Source of the DNA: an uncultured Chthonomonadaceae bacterium
Lineage (GTDB): Bacteria > Armatimonadota > Chthonomonadetes > Chthonomonadales > Chthonomonadaceae
Length of the DNA: 64,000 bases
Assembly (NCBI GenBank): GCA_963817895.1
Contig: CAWFQB010000002.1
Coordinates: 544,001 to 608,000, forward strand
Reading direction: 5' to 3'
A program made the position numbers and the translations under genes. Position 1 is the stretch's first letter; every line of letters starts with the position of its first letter. Of the stretch, positions 29,966-38,354 are shown one piece after another. The notes beneath the pieces are model-generated. The model was given only the letters and a program-made list of their open reading frames with translations. It was not told the origin of the DNA and did no database searches.

Positions 29966-31126
29966 CTACAAAGCGGGTTTGGGGGCGGCGTAGGGGGCGC
30001 AAAGCGGGTCGCCGATAATCACATCTTTCCAGACCAGATAGCGGGTCGCGGCGTAAAAACTTTCGGCCAGGCAAAAGCCGTTGGTGTAGCGGTCGAAGAG
30101 CAGGCCGGCGTGGGCGATGGCGTCCGCATAGGGTTCGGACACGTAGCCCTTGCAGCCCGTCACGCCCTGCGCGATCAGGTCGGCAATCAGGGATTGGCCG
30201 GGCGCGGCGGGATTGCTGAACGTGCGCCCGCTGGTGGAAACCCCCGTTTCCGCGATGCCGCCCGGCGCGAAGCCCAGGCTGTTGTACGCGGCCTTATCAT
30301 AGTGCGCGTCGTTGCTGCCCCACGAAAAGTAGCCCATTAAATTCTTCTGCTTGCCCGGAAACGCATCCCCCGTATCTAAAATACTTTGCAGACCCTTCGC
30401 TTTGAGAACCCTGTCCGCGTCCCGCATCCCGTCATTGACCATTTTGTAGCCCCCCTCCTCATGCCCCGGCCCCGTATGGAGGAGAAACGGGCCTTTGAGG
30501 GGTTTGGCGGCGAGGGAATTGTCCACCAGTTTCAGGCAATCGGCGCGGGTATAGCCATCCAGACGGTTGACCAACCGGTAGTGGAATTTGGCGAACGTGA
30601 ATCGCTCCGACTTGTTGAAATACGGGTTAGGGGTACGTTCCGGGCGCCCCGGCAGGCCCAGGGCGGCCAGCATACTATCAGTGCCGTGTCCATCATGGAT
30701 GCGTATAGGGATACCTTTCGTCAGCACGATAAAATCAATGGACTCGCTGAAGGCTTGATCGGTAGTGGTGTTGCTGCCGATGGTTCTGGCGAGAAAGCGC
30801 GAAATAGGGGTTTCGATCTGCGCATTAAACTCCGGCCAGGAACACTCTTCGCCGGTGGGACACGCGATTTTACACAGATTGGCGCGCGAAATATGGCGTT
30901 TCTGAATATAGTACGCGCCAATCGCGAGAGAGTCGGGACTGTTGGCATTGACAACAACCAGCACATGGGAGGCCGCAACGGGGCCGGGACGCTGTACGAA
31001 TGTTTGCTGTTGGCCGTTTGCTTTCGTCGCCAGTATGCTTAATAGCAGCCACGCCATCAGGATAAGCGCATAGAGCGGGCAAGGTTTCGGCGCGTTTAAA
31101 GGTTGTACAGGTTTGATTTCAGGCAT
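29966..31126 (-). CDS. TIGR03790 family protein
   Basis: VLVVVNANSPDS..IG.YY..KR.I, RLDG, YFSWGSND, GVTG.KGYVSEPY, IIGDPL. Confidence 0.85.
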   Translation of the reverse strand: MPEIKPVQPLNAPKPCPLYALILMAWLLLSILATKANGQQQTFVQRPGPVAASHVLVVVNANSPDSLAIGAYYIQKRHISRANLCKIACPTGEECSWPEFNAQIETPISRFLARTIGSNTTTDQAFSESIDFIVLTKGIPIRIHDGHGTDSMLAALGLPGRPERTPNPYFNKSERFTFAKFHYRLVNRLDGYTRADCLKLVDNSLAAKPLKGPFLLHTGPGHEEGGYKMVNDGMRDADRVLKAKGLQSILDTGDAFPGKQKNLMGYFSWGSNDAHYDKAAYNSLGFAPGGIAETGVSTSGRTFSNPAAPGQSLIADLIAQGVTGCKGYVSEPYADAIAHAGLLFDRYTNGFCLAESFYAATRYLVWKDVIIGDPLCAPYAAPKPAL

Positions 31127-31166
31127 TTTGTTCAGATTTGTTTGAGAGTCCGGCTGTCGCGTTTGT

Positions 31167-31698
31167 TTATAGATTTGCTGCCGTAAGCAGGTTGGCAATC
31201 ACAATCGCCCAGCGTTCCAGATGCGAATCGTGGCGGTATTCCGGCGCGAAGCCCAAATTTTGATAGGTCTTGATGGCGGCAAGGCGCGGGTCGTCTGTTT
31301 CCAGCACGGCATCATGCAGCCCCATGCGCTTGAACTCATGCAGCGTGACGAGCGTGATGAAGTATCCCAATCGCTGCCCCTGATACGCGGGATCAACCCC
31401 GACCCAATGCACGTAACCGGAATTCGGGATAGTCTTCCGGCAGCACGCGGGCGGACGCGCTGGCGACCGGCTTGCCGCCGAAGTCCACAATGAACACTTT
31501 TTTCACATCGGGCGCGTCAATCAAGATGCGCCGCAGACGTTCGGATGTCCACTGCTCATCCGTAAACGCCTGCCGCATCAGGGCGGAAAGCGCGTCCATA
31601 TCACTGTCGCGGTACTCGCGCAAAACAAAACCGGGCGGCAGATCGGGCAGGGGCGGCAGATCGTCGAGATTGAGACGGCGCATAAACAGATGTTTCAT
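31167..31698 (-). CDS. GNAT acetyltransferase (one apparent frameshift near 31430)
   Basis: LPPGFVLREYR..D; GYVHWVGVDPAYQGQRLG; AAIKTYQNLGF. Confidence 0.85.
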
Positions 31699-31842
31699 AG
31701 CAAGTCCTTTTGTCCCCGGCGCGATTTGACTGCCGGCCTGCCGCTGATACTGCATGGTGGATTTACGGCATCGGAACAGGCGAACGAAATCGGGCGCGAG
31801 GCTGTCTTGCTATTGTTATACTGTTGAAACGCCGGAATGTCG

Positions 31843-32703
31843 TCATACGGGTATAGTTAAATCGCCGTACAGTTCCGGCCTGCGCCCGCCAACCGGGTCC
31901 AGTTCAAACACGCCGGGTTCAAAAACCACTTTTTTCTGCCGCGCTTTTTGCGGATCAATGTCGGCATACAGAACGGTTTCGCTTTCCCCGTCCGCCTGCG
32001 CCAGAAACGTTCCGTCCGGCGCGACGACCTGACTGCGCCCGATGAAGCGCGTCCCCCGCTCCACGCCCACGCGGTTGCAGGCAACCACGTACATGCGGTT
32101 CTCCCAGGCGCGGGCGCGCGTGAGAAATTCCGGCGCGCTGTCGGCCCCCTCCGGCCAGTTTGTCGGCACAACCAGCACATCCGCGCCCCGCAATGCCAGC
32201 GAACGCGCGGCTTCGGGAAAGCGCATATCGTAACAGATTAAAATGCCGATACGCGCAAACGGCAGTTCAATGATTGGCAGTTCATTCCCTCTGCCCACAT
32301 AACGGTCTATGCCCAGAACGGGCAAATGGCACTTGCGATAACAGGCGATCAACCCTTCCGGCCCGATCACCGCCGCGCTGTTGTAAATGGTATCCGTTGC
32401 CTCCTCATGTTCCAGAAAACCGATGACGGCATAGATGTTGGCGAGACGGCAGTAGCCGGCAAATAACTGCATGAATTCACTGTCAGCGGCAACGGCGGCG
32501 GGACGGGCCTCTTTCGCGCTGTGATACACATAGCCGGAAAGGGCGCACTCAGGAAACACCACCAACTGCGCCCCCGCAATGCCCGCCTCCCGTATGTACC
32601 CTTTTGTAATCTGCGCCCTGTTGTCGCGAATATCGCCCAACTTCGGATTCATCTGTACAACGGCGACGCGAAACGGCGCGCAGTTATTGTTGTCTTCTGG
32701 CAT
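31843..32703 (-). CDS. carbon-nitrogen hydrolase (nitrilase superfamily)
   Basis: E-K-C triad in VFPECAL, YRKCHL and ICYDMRFPE. Confidence 0.93.
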   Translation of the reverse strand: MPEDNNNCAPFRVAVVQMNPKLGDIRDNRAQITKGYIREAGIAGAQLVVFPECALSGYVYHSAKEARPAAVAADSEFMQLFAGYCRLANIYAVIGFLEHEEATDTIYNSAAVIGPEGLIACYRKCHLPVLGIDRYVGRGNELPIIELPFARIGILICYDMRFPEAARSLALRGADVLVVPTNWPEGADSAPEFLTRARAWENRMYVVACNRVGVERGTRFIGRSQVVAPDGTFLAQADGESETVLYADIDPQKARQKKVVFEPGVFELDPVGGRRPELYGDLTIPV

Positions 32704-32718
32704 GAGAATTGTCCTTAT

Positions 32719-33651
32719 TTACCGCGCTTCGGCAGTGTAGGGGCGGAAACCGCGTACCATCAGCCCCTTCTGGTTCTCTTTATTCGCCTGCGCGATCCGT
32801 TTTTCATTCTCGGCGCGGTTGGCTTCTGTCGAAGCGTTGACAACCACATAGTCGTCGGCGCGGCGGTAGCGGTTGATGAAGACCGGGCGCGGCTTTTCGG
32901 AGTGGTTCTCTTTAGAGCCGTGAATGGTTTTGACATGAAAGAAAATCGAGTCGCCCGCCTGTCCCGTAATCGGCAGCGCGGCTTCCCAGGGCCAGGCGTG
33001 GGGATCGAGTCCCAGGTGCGAAAACGTGTCAATGTGATGCAGCGTACCCAATCGGTGCGAACCGGGAACCACATACAACGCGCCGTTCACCAGATCGGTA
33101 TCTACCGCGTAATTCAACTGCCCGACCGGGCCTTCAAACTTGTGTTCAAAGTACGCGCAGTCCTGATGCAGATTTTTGGGATGCCCGCCCACCGGCTCTT
33201 TATACAAAACCTGCCCGTTCAGGAATAGTTCGATATTGGGGCCGAGAATGGCCTCCACAATGTCTACGCTCCGGGTATCAAACGCGGACTGAAAGAACGC
33301 CGCGCTGGTATAGTAGCTGACCGCGCCGAGTACCATGATCTGCTTGTCGCGGCCAAAGTGGGCGGGCGCGGGCAAAAACAGGGTTCCGTTCGGCGTCGTC
33401 CAGCCTTCGGGAATCGCCTTCGCCTGATCCAGCAGGTCGAGCGACTGCTTTGCCCCGGCTTCAATATCGCGCTGAATGTCGGCCAGATAGCGGCGCATCA
33501 GGCCCCGCACAACCAGACACCCATGCTCCTGATAAATGGCGGCGGCCCGCGCTACGTCCAGATTGTCCGCGAACACTTCCAATTCCTGCACAGTGACAGG
33601 TGACAAATTGGCAAGACTGAATTCTTCTGCGGTGATGGTGGGCGTGGGCAT
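32719..33651 (-). CDS. phytanoyl-CoA dioxygenase (PhyH) family Fe/2OG enzyme
   Basis: LHQDCAY, NGALYVVPGSH, AGDSIFFH..TIHGS. Confidence 0.9.
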   Translation of the reverse strand: MPTPTITAEEFSLANLSPVTVQELEVFADNLDVARAAAIYQEHGCLVVRGLMRRYLADIQRDIEAGAKQSLDLLDQAKAIPEGWTTPNGTLFLPAPAHFGRDKQIMVLGAVSYYTSAAFFQSAFDTRSVDIVEAILGPNIELFLNGQVLYKEPVGGHPKNLHQDCAYFEHKFEGPVGQLNYAVDTDLVNGALYVVPGSHRLGTLHHIDTFSHLGLDPHAWPWEAALPITGQAGDSIFFHVKTIHGSKENHSEKPRPVFINRYRRADDYVVVNASTEANRAENEKRIAQANKENQKGLMVRGFRPYTAEAR

Positions 33652-33721
33652 GGTGGCTCCTTTGGTTGAGAGTTGAGAATAGCCCCCCTCCCAAAATGTT
33701 TGGGAGGGGGGCAGGGTAAAG

Positions 33722-33758
33722 TTTTGTTATCAGATTGTACCCTGTGTTGTTACGGAAG
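33722..33758. repeat. 37-bp direct repeat, copy 1
   Basis: TTTTGTTATCAGATTGTACCCTGTGTTGTTACGGAAG; 34/37 identical to 34887-34923. Confidence 0.9.
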
Positions 33759-33824
33759 CGGGCGCATTTCAAACCCCTGATAAATGGAATAAGCTATTGG
33801 GGTCGTTTGCCGATGTCTGACACG

Positions 33825-34814
33825 CTACTGCGTCGCGCCGGCCTGCCGGAGAATTTGCGCGATTTTGCGGCCCGCCTGCTTGTCCCCGGCAATCTGCGAC
33901 GGGGGGCGCGTTTCCGGGGCGTTGGGATAGGTCCAGGGCGCTTTGCCTGCGGCAAGTTCTATGGCGAATTGCAAAGCCGTCCGTCCCTGCCTGTTTTTGG
34001 CGCGCATGTCTGCGCCGCGCCGCAACAGCAAGTCTACCACTGCTGGAGTTTTGCTGTTCACGGCGGACATTAACACGGTGTTACCCGCCCTGTCTTTCCA
34101 GTTCACCGCCGCGCCATGCGCCAGCAGCAATTCCACCAGTTCTGCATTGCCCTGTCTCGCAGTCTGGTTGAGGACGGACTCGCCAACATCGCCGTTCATC
34201 TGCGCTTCGGCAGGGTCGTTAGGGGCGGCTCCGCGCTCCAGCAGCAGTTTCACCACCGGATACCGCGCCGCTCTGTCCTTACCGGTGGCTTTGGCGCAGG
34301 CTTGCTGTAAGGGAGTGCTGCCCTGCATACCAACTTTGTTGGGGTCGGCGCCCAAATCCAGAACGGCATTGACGATGGACGCATCTCCATAATAAACAGC
34401 CTCACACAAGTCCTCTGCTTTGAGCCGCGCGCCATGCGCCAGCAAAGCCGGCACAAGTTCATGCGCGGCTTTGTCGGACGAGCGTAAATCTAACGTTTGG
34501 CGTAGCGTATCCTCGTCACTGTTGGGATTTGCGCCCGCTTTCAGCAGCAGTAAGGCGATTTCTACTCTCTGACGACTGTTGCTTGCGTTGATAAAACCAA
34601 CCGTTTGTCGCAGCATGGAATGCCCAACCCAATCGCGGCTGTTTGGGTTCGCGCCTGCTGCCAACAGCCGTTTGACGCCCTCAACATTGCCTTGATCCAG
34701 CAGATGAGCAAATTGCTCGACTTGAATTTGCCGCTGATAGTTGTGTCTGATTACCAGCAGCATGGCGCAGACAAAAAGGGCGAACAGGGGCCAAACCGAG
34801 CGAGAACGGGACAT
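33825..34814 (-). CDS. membrane-anchored or exported ankyrin-repeat protein
   Basis: GGAGG ribosome site, N-terminal hydrophobic helix, about six ankyrin repeats (LLAAGANPN, GSTPL, GNTVLMSAV). Confidence 0.88.
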   Translation of the reverse strand: MSRSRSVWPLFALFVCAMLLVIRHNYQRQIQVEQFAHLLDQGNVEGVKRLLAAGANPNSRDWVGHSMLRQTVGFINASNSRQRVEIALLLLKAGANPNSDEDTLRQTLDLRSSDKAAHELVPALLAHGARLKAEDLCEAVYYGDASIVNAVLDLGADPNKVGMQGSTPLQQACAKATGKDRAARYPVVKLLLERGAAPNDPAEAQMNGDVGESVLNQTARQGNAELVELLLAHGAAVNWKDRAGNTVLMSAVNSKTPAVVDLLLRRGADMRAKNRQGRTALQFAIELAAGKAPWTYPNAPETRPPSQIAGDKQAGRKIAQILRQAGATQ

Positions 34815-34886
34815 GGCAAGCCTCCACGCGAACGGAACGCGATCCATTTGCTTTCGAGACAAGCAGTGGCGAAAATAGCCTTTACA

Positions 34887-34923
34887 TTTTGTTTTTAGAT
34901 TATACCCTGTGTTGTTACGGAAG
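34887..34923. repeat. 37-bp direct repeat, copy 2 (overlaps the stop of the signal peptidase-like gene)
   Basis: TTTTGTTTTTAGATTATACCCTGTGTTGTTACGGAAG; contains TATAAT on the minus strand. Confidence 0.9.
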
Positions 34924-35754
34924 TCGTCGCCAGCGTGATAAAGGAGCCACGATGAACGTGATTTTGCCGATAATGCGTTTGCGTTCAAGGACGCCCCAGT
35001 AGCGGCTGTCGTTACTGTCGTTACGGTTGTCGCCCATGACCCAGTATTCGTCCGCTTTCAATCTCACGGGGCCACCGCGCCAGCGTGTGGCAAAGGTGAA
35101 TTGTTCCTCCAGATTCTGGTCCATGGGTTCTCGTATAGAGTAGGGCCAGTGGGGGTTCCGAAACTCGTTGAGTTGGCTGCCATTTCGGTAAACGTGTCCC
35201 TCTTTGATTTCGATAGTGTCACCGGGCAGGCCGATCAGCCGCTTGGCAAGAACATTCTCAACCTGTCTTCCATTATATCTATGTTCCGCGTCCGCCTCTC
35301 TCGGCGCGAGAAACACTACGACATCGCCACATTGGGGAGTGTTCCACCGATACGCCCCCTTATTGACGACAACCGTGTCGTGAATCGTATCCGCGTGTAC
35401 TATGCGAGCATCCCCGGCTACCGGCTGCCCCGCGTCATGCCCCATCAGGTTCGGCTCCATCGCCTCCGAGGGAATCGTGTAGAAGCGAATGTAGCTGCTG
35501 AACCAGCAGGTAAAACAGAGTAACACTGCCGCGCTGCCAAACGCGAACACCAACCGGCGAGGCCAGCGAACCGGCTTCCGCATTACGGTTTGCTGATCGC
35601 AAGTGACGGCCATGTCGGCGATGCGCTGCCGCAGCGCGGGGGAAACATCTTCGGCAACATAAGCCTGCTGTAATGTGGCCTGCAAGCGCGAATCAAGACC
35701 GTCTTCAGCAGGCAGGGGAGAAGCGCCTGAAGCGCGATGAGAAAACAGATTCAT
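34915..35754 (-). CDS. signal peptidase I (S26) domain protein with anti-sigma-like N-terminal extension; nucleophile position is Ala
   Basis: IPSEAMEPNL, GDVVVF, KRLIGLPGD, YWVMGDNRNDSNDSRYWG, IIGK; about 60 residues precede the TM helix. Confidence 0.85.
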   Translation of the reverse strand: MNLFSHRASGASPLPAEDGLDSRLQATLQQAYVAEDVSPALRQRIADMAVTCDQQTVMRKPVRWPRRLVFAFGSAAVLLCFTCWFSSYIRFYTIPSEAMEPNLMGHDAGQPVAGDARIVHADTIHDTVVVNKGAYRWNTPQCGDVVVFLAPREADAEHRYNGRQVENVLAKRLIGLPGDTIEIKEGHVYRNGSQLNEFRNPHWPYSIREPMDQNLEEQFTFATRWRGGPVRLKADEYWVMGDNRNDSNDSRYWGVLERKRIIGKITFIVAPLSRWRRLP

Positions 35755-36413
35755 GGCTTCACCGTGTCTTTCATATCGGTTTGAGCGGCGGGAGGCGCAT
35801 CGGGCAGGAAGTAGGCGCGTCCCTCGCGGAAAATGTTGGCGCGAGCGCGTTGCAGCAGGCTGTTGATAGCGTGGGAGGAACGCCGCATAACGGTCGCAAT
35901 CTCGGCAATAGATAATTCTTCGACGTATTGCAGCAATAATGCTTCGCGCTGATCGGGATGCAGAGCGTCCACAAGGGCGCGAATGTGCTGCCGCGCATCC
36001 TGCTGTTGCAGCAGCAGTTCCGGATCGGGCGCGGTTCCGCTAATCTTCTCCCACAGGATATTGGCCGCTTCCGGCGTCACGGCCATTTCCGAAGCCAGCG
36101 TTTCGCGCCGCTTGCTCCGCTTGCGCATGTTGTCCACAATTTTGCGCCGCGCAATTCCCAGCAGCCACGCCTGCGGCGACGCGCCTTGAAAACCAGATAG
36201 GCAGGCAAACGCGGCGGCGAACACCTCCGCCGTAGTGTCTTCGGCCTCCTGGCGGGGTGAAACGCGCCGGCTTACATAGCCGAACACGGTTTCCAGATAC
36301 CGCTCATGCAGCAGCGCGGCAGTCAGGGTTGGACCAGAAGCCGAAACTGTATTCGCGCGGCCTTTATTTGCCAGAAGCCGCGCCGGTGGGCGTGTCAGCA
36401 TCAATCTGTTCAC
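35751..36413 (-). CDS. ECF sigma-70 factor
   Basis: VFGYVSRRV...EAEDTTAEVF, WLLGIARRKIVD, L.PDQREALLLQY.EELS.AEIA; ATGA overlap with the next gene; GTG start after GGAG. Confidence 0.92.
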   Translation of the reverse strand: MNRLMLTRPPARLLANKGRANTVSASGPTLTAALLHERYLETVFGYVSRRVSPRQEAEDTTAEVFAAAFACLSGFQGASPQAWLLGIARRKIVDNMRKRSKRRETLASEMAVTPEAANILWEKISGTAPDPELLLQQQDARQHIRALVDALHPDQREALLLQYVEELSIAEIATVMRRSSHAINSLLQRARANIFREGRAYFLPDAPPAAQTDMKDTVKP

Positions 36414-36664
36414 AGAAGTCTCCTGCCGGGTGAAAATGCCTGATCGAAAACGTGCCACGCAGCCGTCCGCCACCTCGGGATAACGCGACGGTGTCTTCGG
36501 ACGCAGGCAATGAAAAGTAGAGCGTACGAAAAGTGTGGCACAAGTTAAGTTCGCGTTAGCGGTCGAAAACTATCGGGCAAATCAGCAAAATTGGAAGAAA
36601 AGCAGGAAAACAGCCATGTTTTCTCCAAAACAACCCTATCCCTCTTACCTGAAAGGAAATTGCT

Positions 36665-37966
36665 GTGAAACTCAAAACCGTCGCGTCATTGCTGACCGCG
36701 TTTCTCGCCTGCGCGTCCCTGAATGTTCGCGCGCAGGACAACCCCATGATTGCCGGAGCCATTGCAAACGCGCTGGCAACCAAAAACAGCGCGGACGCCA
36801 CTACCCTGGCCGCGCAGTTACGCGCCATGTCCCGCAATCAGGACATAAAGCAGGGGTTGCGCCCGCTTGTGCAATTCGATGGGGACAATGCCATTGTGGT
36901 TTTCGCCATCGAAGCCCCTTCCGGCGCGCCAACCGTGTCGTACACAACCGACGGCTCCACGCTGAACACGCAGCATCACCCCACCCTGATGAAATTGGGC
37001 GAGGACGGCCTGTATGCCGCTGTCACGCGCATAAACGGGGCTGGAAAAATGCCGTTTGCTACCGGAGTCGGCCTGAACGTTGTCTATTATCTGGACGGCA
37101 AGCCGATTGACCGCAAGCGCCCGAATGGCAGTCCCGATGACGGCCATTTTGAAGCGTACCCGCACAACCCGGACAACGATGTGGACCCCAACGCGCCCAA
37201 AGGCAAGTTGACGCAGCAGCCCCGCTGGAAAAGTACAATATTTGCCAACACGGAGCGCGACTGGTGGGTGTACGTGCCGGCGCAATATACCCCCGACAAG
37301 CCCGCCTGCGTAATGATTTTTCAGGACGGCGGCGGCTACAAGGATACGGTCAGCCGCGTGTTCGACCGTTTGATCGCCAAAGGCGATATGCCCGTGACCG
37401 TAGGCATTTTCATCAACCCCGGCGATCTGCCGCGTGGCGTGAGCGCGCCGGGTAACAGGGGTGAGCGCAGTTACGAGTACGACACGCGCAGCGACCTGTA
37501 CCCCCGCTTTCTGCTGGAAGAGATGCTGCCGGAAGTGGAGAAAACCGTCAAGCTCCGGCACGACGCCGCCAGCCGCGCGGTTGCCGGACTGAGCAGCGGC
37601 TCCCCTGCCGCGTTCGCCTGCGTCTGGTATCGCCCCGACCAGTTCAGCAAGGTGCTGTCGTGGATCGGCAGTTTTACCGACCTTTCCCCCGGTGAAACCG
37701 GCTACGAGGGCGCGCACAACTATTCCTTCCTGATACGCCGCCTCAAGGACGACGATCCGCGTACTAAAATCCGCGTGTTTTTGCAGGATGGCGGCAACGA
37801 CCTGGACAATCCCTTCGGCGATTGGCCCCTTTCCAATCAGGAGATGGCCCGCGCCCTGAACTTCAAGCATATAGACTACAAGTTCGTGTTCGGCGGCGGC
37901 AACCACAGCGGCACGCACGGCTACGCCATTCTGCCCGAAACGCTGCGGTGGCTGTGGAGGCAGTAG
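36665..37966 (+). CDS. secreted alpha/beta-hydrolase esterase (enterochelin esterase-like)
   Basis: Signal peptide; RDWWVYVPAQY, FQDGG, RSYEYD, GLSSG nucleophile elbow, GNHSG. Confidence 0.88.
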   Translation: MKLKTVASLLTAFLACASLNVRAQDNPMIAGAIANALATKNSADATTLAAQLRAMSRNQDIKQGLRPLVQFDGDNAIVVFAIEAPSGAPTVSYTTDGSTLNTQHHPTLMKLGEDGLYAAVTRINGAGKMPFATGVGLNVVYYLDGKPIDRKRPNGSPDDGHFEAYPHNPDNDVDPNAPKGKLTQQPRWKSTIFANTERDWWVYVPAQYTPDKPACVMIFQDGGGYKDTVSRVFDRLIAKGDMPVTVGIFINPGDLPRGVSAPGNRGERSYEYDTRSDLYPRFLLEEMLPEVEKTVKLRHDAASRAVAGLSSGSPAAFACVWYRPDQFSKVLSWIGSFTDLSPGETGYEGAHNYSFLIRRLKDDDPRTKIRVFLQDGGNDLDNPFGDWPLSNQEMARALNFKHIDYKFVFGGGNHSGTHGYAILPETLRWLWRQ

Positions 37967-37968
37967 CA

Positions 37969-38090
37969 AAGGATGAAGGATGAAGGATGAGGGATGAAGA
38001 CAATGCCCACTCCGCAGCAAACGTTGCCTCTATCAAGCGGCAAGTTTGAGAATAGGAGCATTTGTCTTCATCCCTCATCCTTCATCCTTC
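37969..38090. repeat. inverted pair of (GGATGAA)n / (TTCATCC)n heptamer repeats
   Basis: The arms even mirror the variant unit (GAGGGATGAAGACAA / TTGTCTTCATCCCTC). Same unit as the repeat inside trpE. Confidence 0.88.
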
Positions 38091-38152
38091 GCAAAACCCG
38101 GTATTTTTCTTAGTTACACTCCGACGCTCCTGTGGAAAAATGCTAGTGTGTG

Positions 38153-38345
38153 ACCGCGCAGGCAGGCTGCCTGGTGGCTGTCCTGCCGCAATGGCGCAGC
38201 AGGACAGCCACGCAGCCATACTGTTGTCTGGCTTTGCTGCCTGCGCGGTGGGCTGTTCAAACGGATAGCCCCGTTCGTTTACGCAAAATTATTCCGCGTA
38301 ACGAAGTCGCGGCGGGATGCCGCGCGACGCGCATCACGGAGGAGC
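38153..38345 (+). promoter_or_regulatory. structured 5' leader of flagellin with putative CsrA sites
   Basis: Two perfect 13-bp helices, a further hairpin, a GGA-loop hairpin at 38308-38324 and ACGGAGGAG overlapping the ribosome site. Confidence 0.5.
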
Positions 38346-38354
38346 AAAAATACC

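Noticed and set aside
33722..34923. Direct repeats as integron attC sites
   Set aside because: TAAC overlaps the stop, but there is no RYYYAAC...GTTRRRY pairing, no long imperfect palindrome and no integrase.
38153..38271. c-di-GMP riboswitch in the flagellin leader
   Set aside because: The class I GGCAAAC...GAAA...GACGCAAAGC pattern is absent and I could not see class II features.
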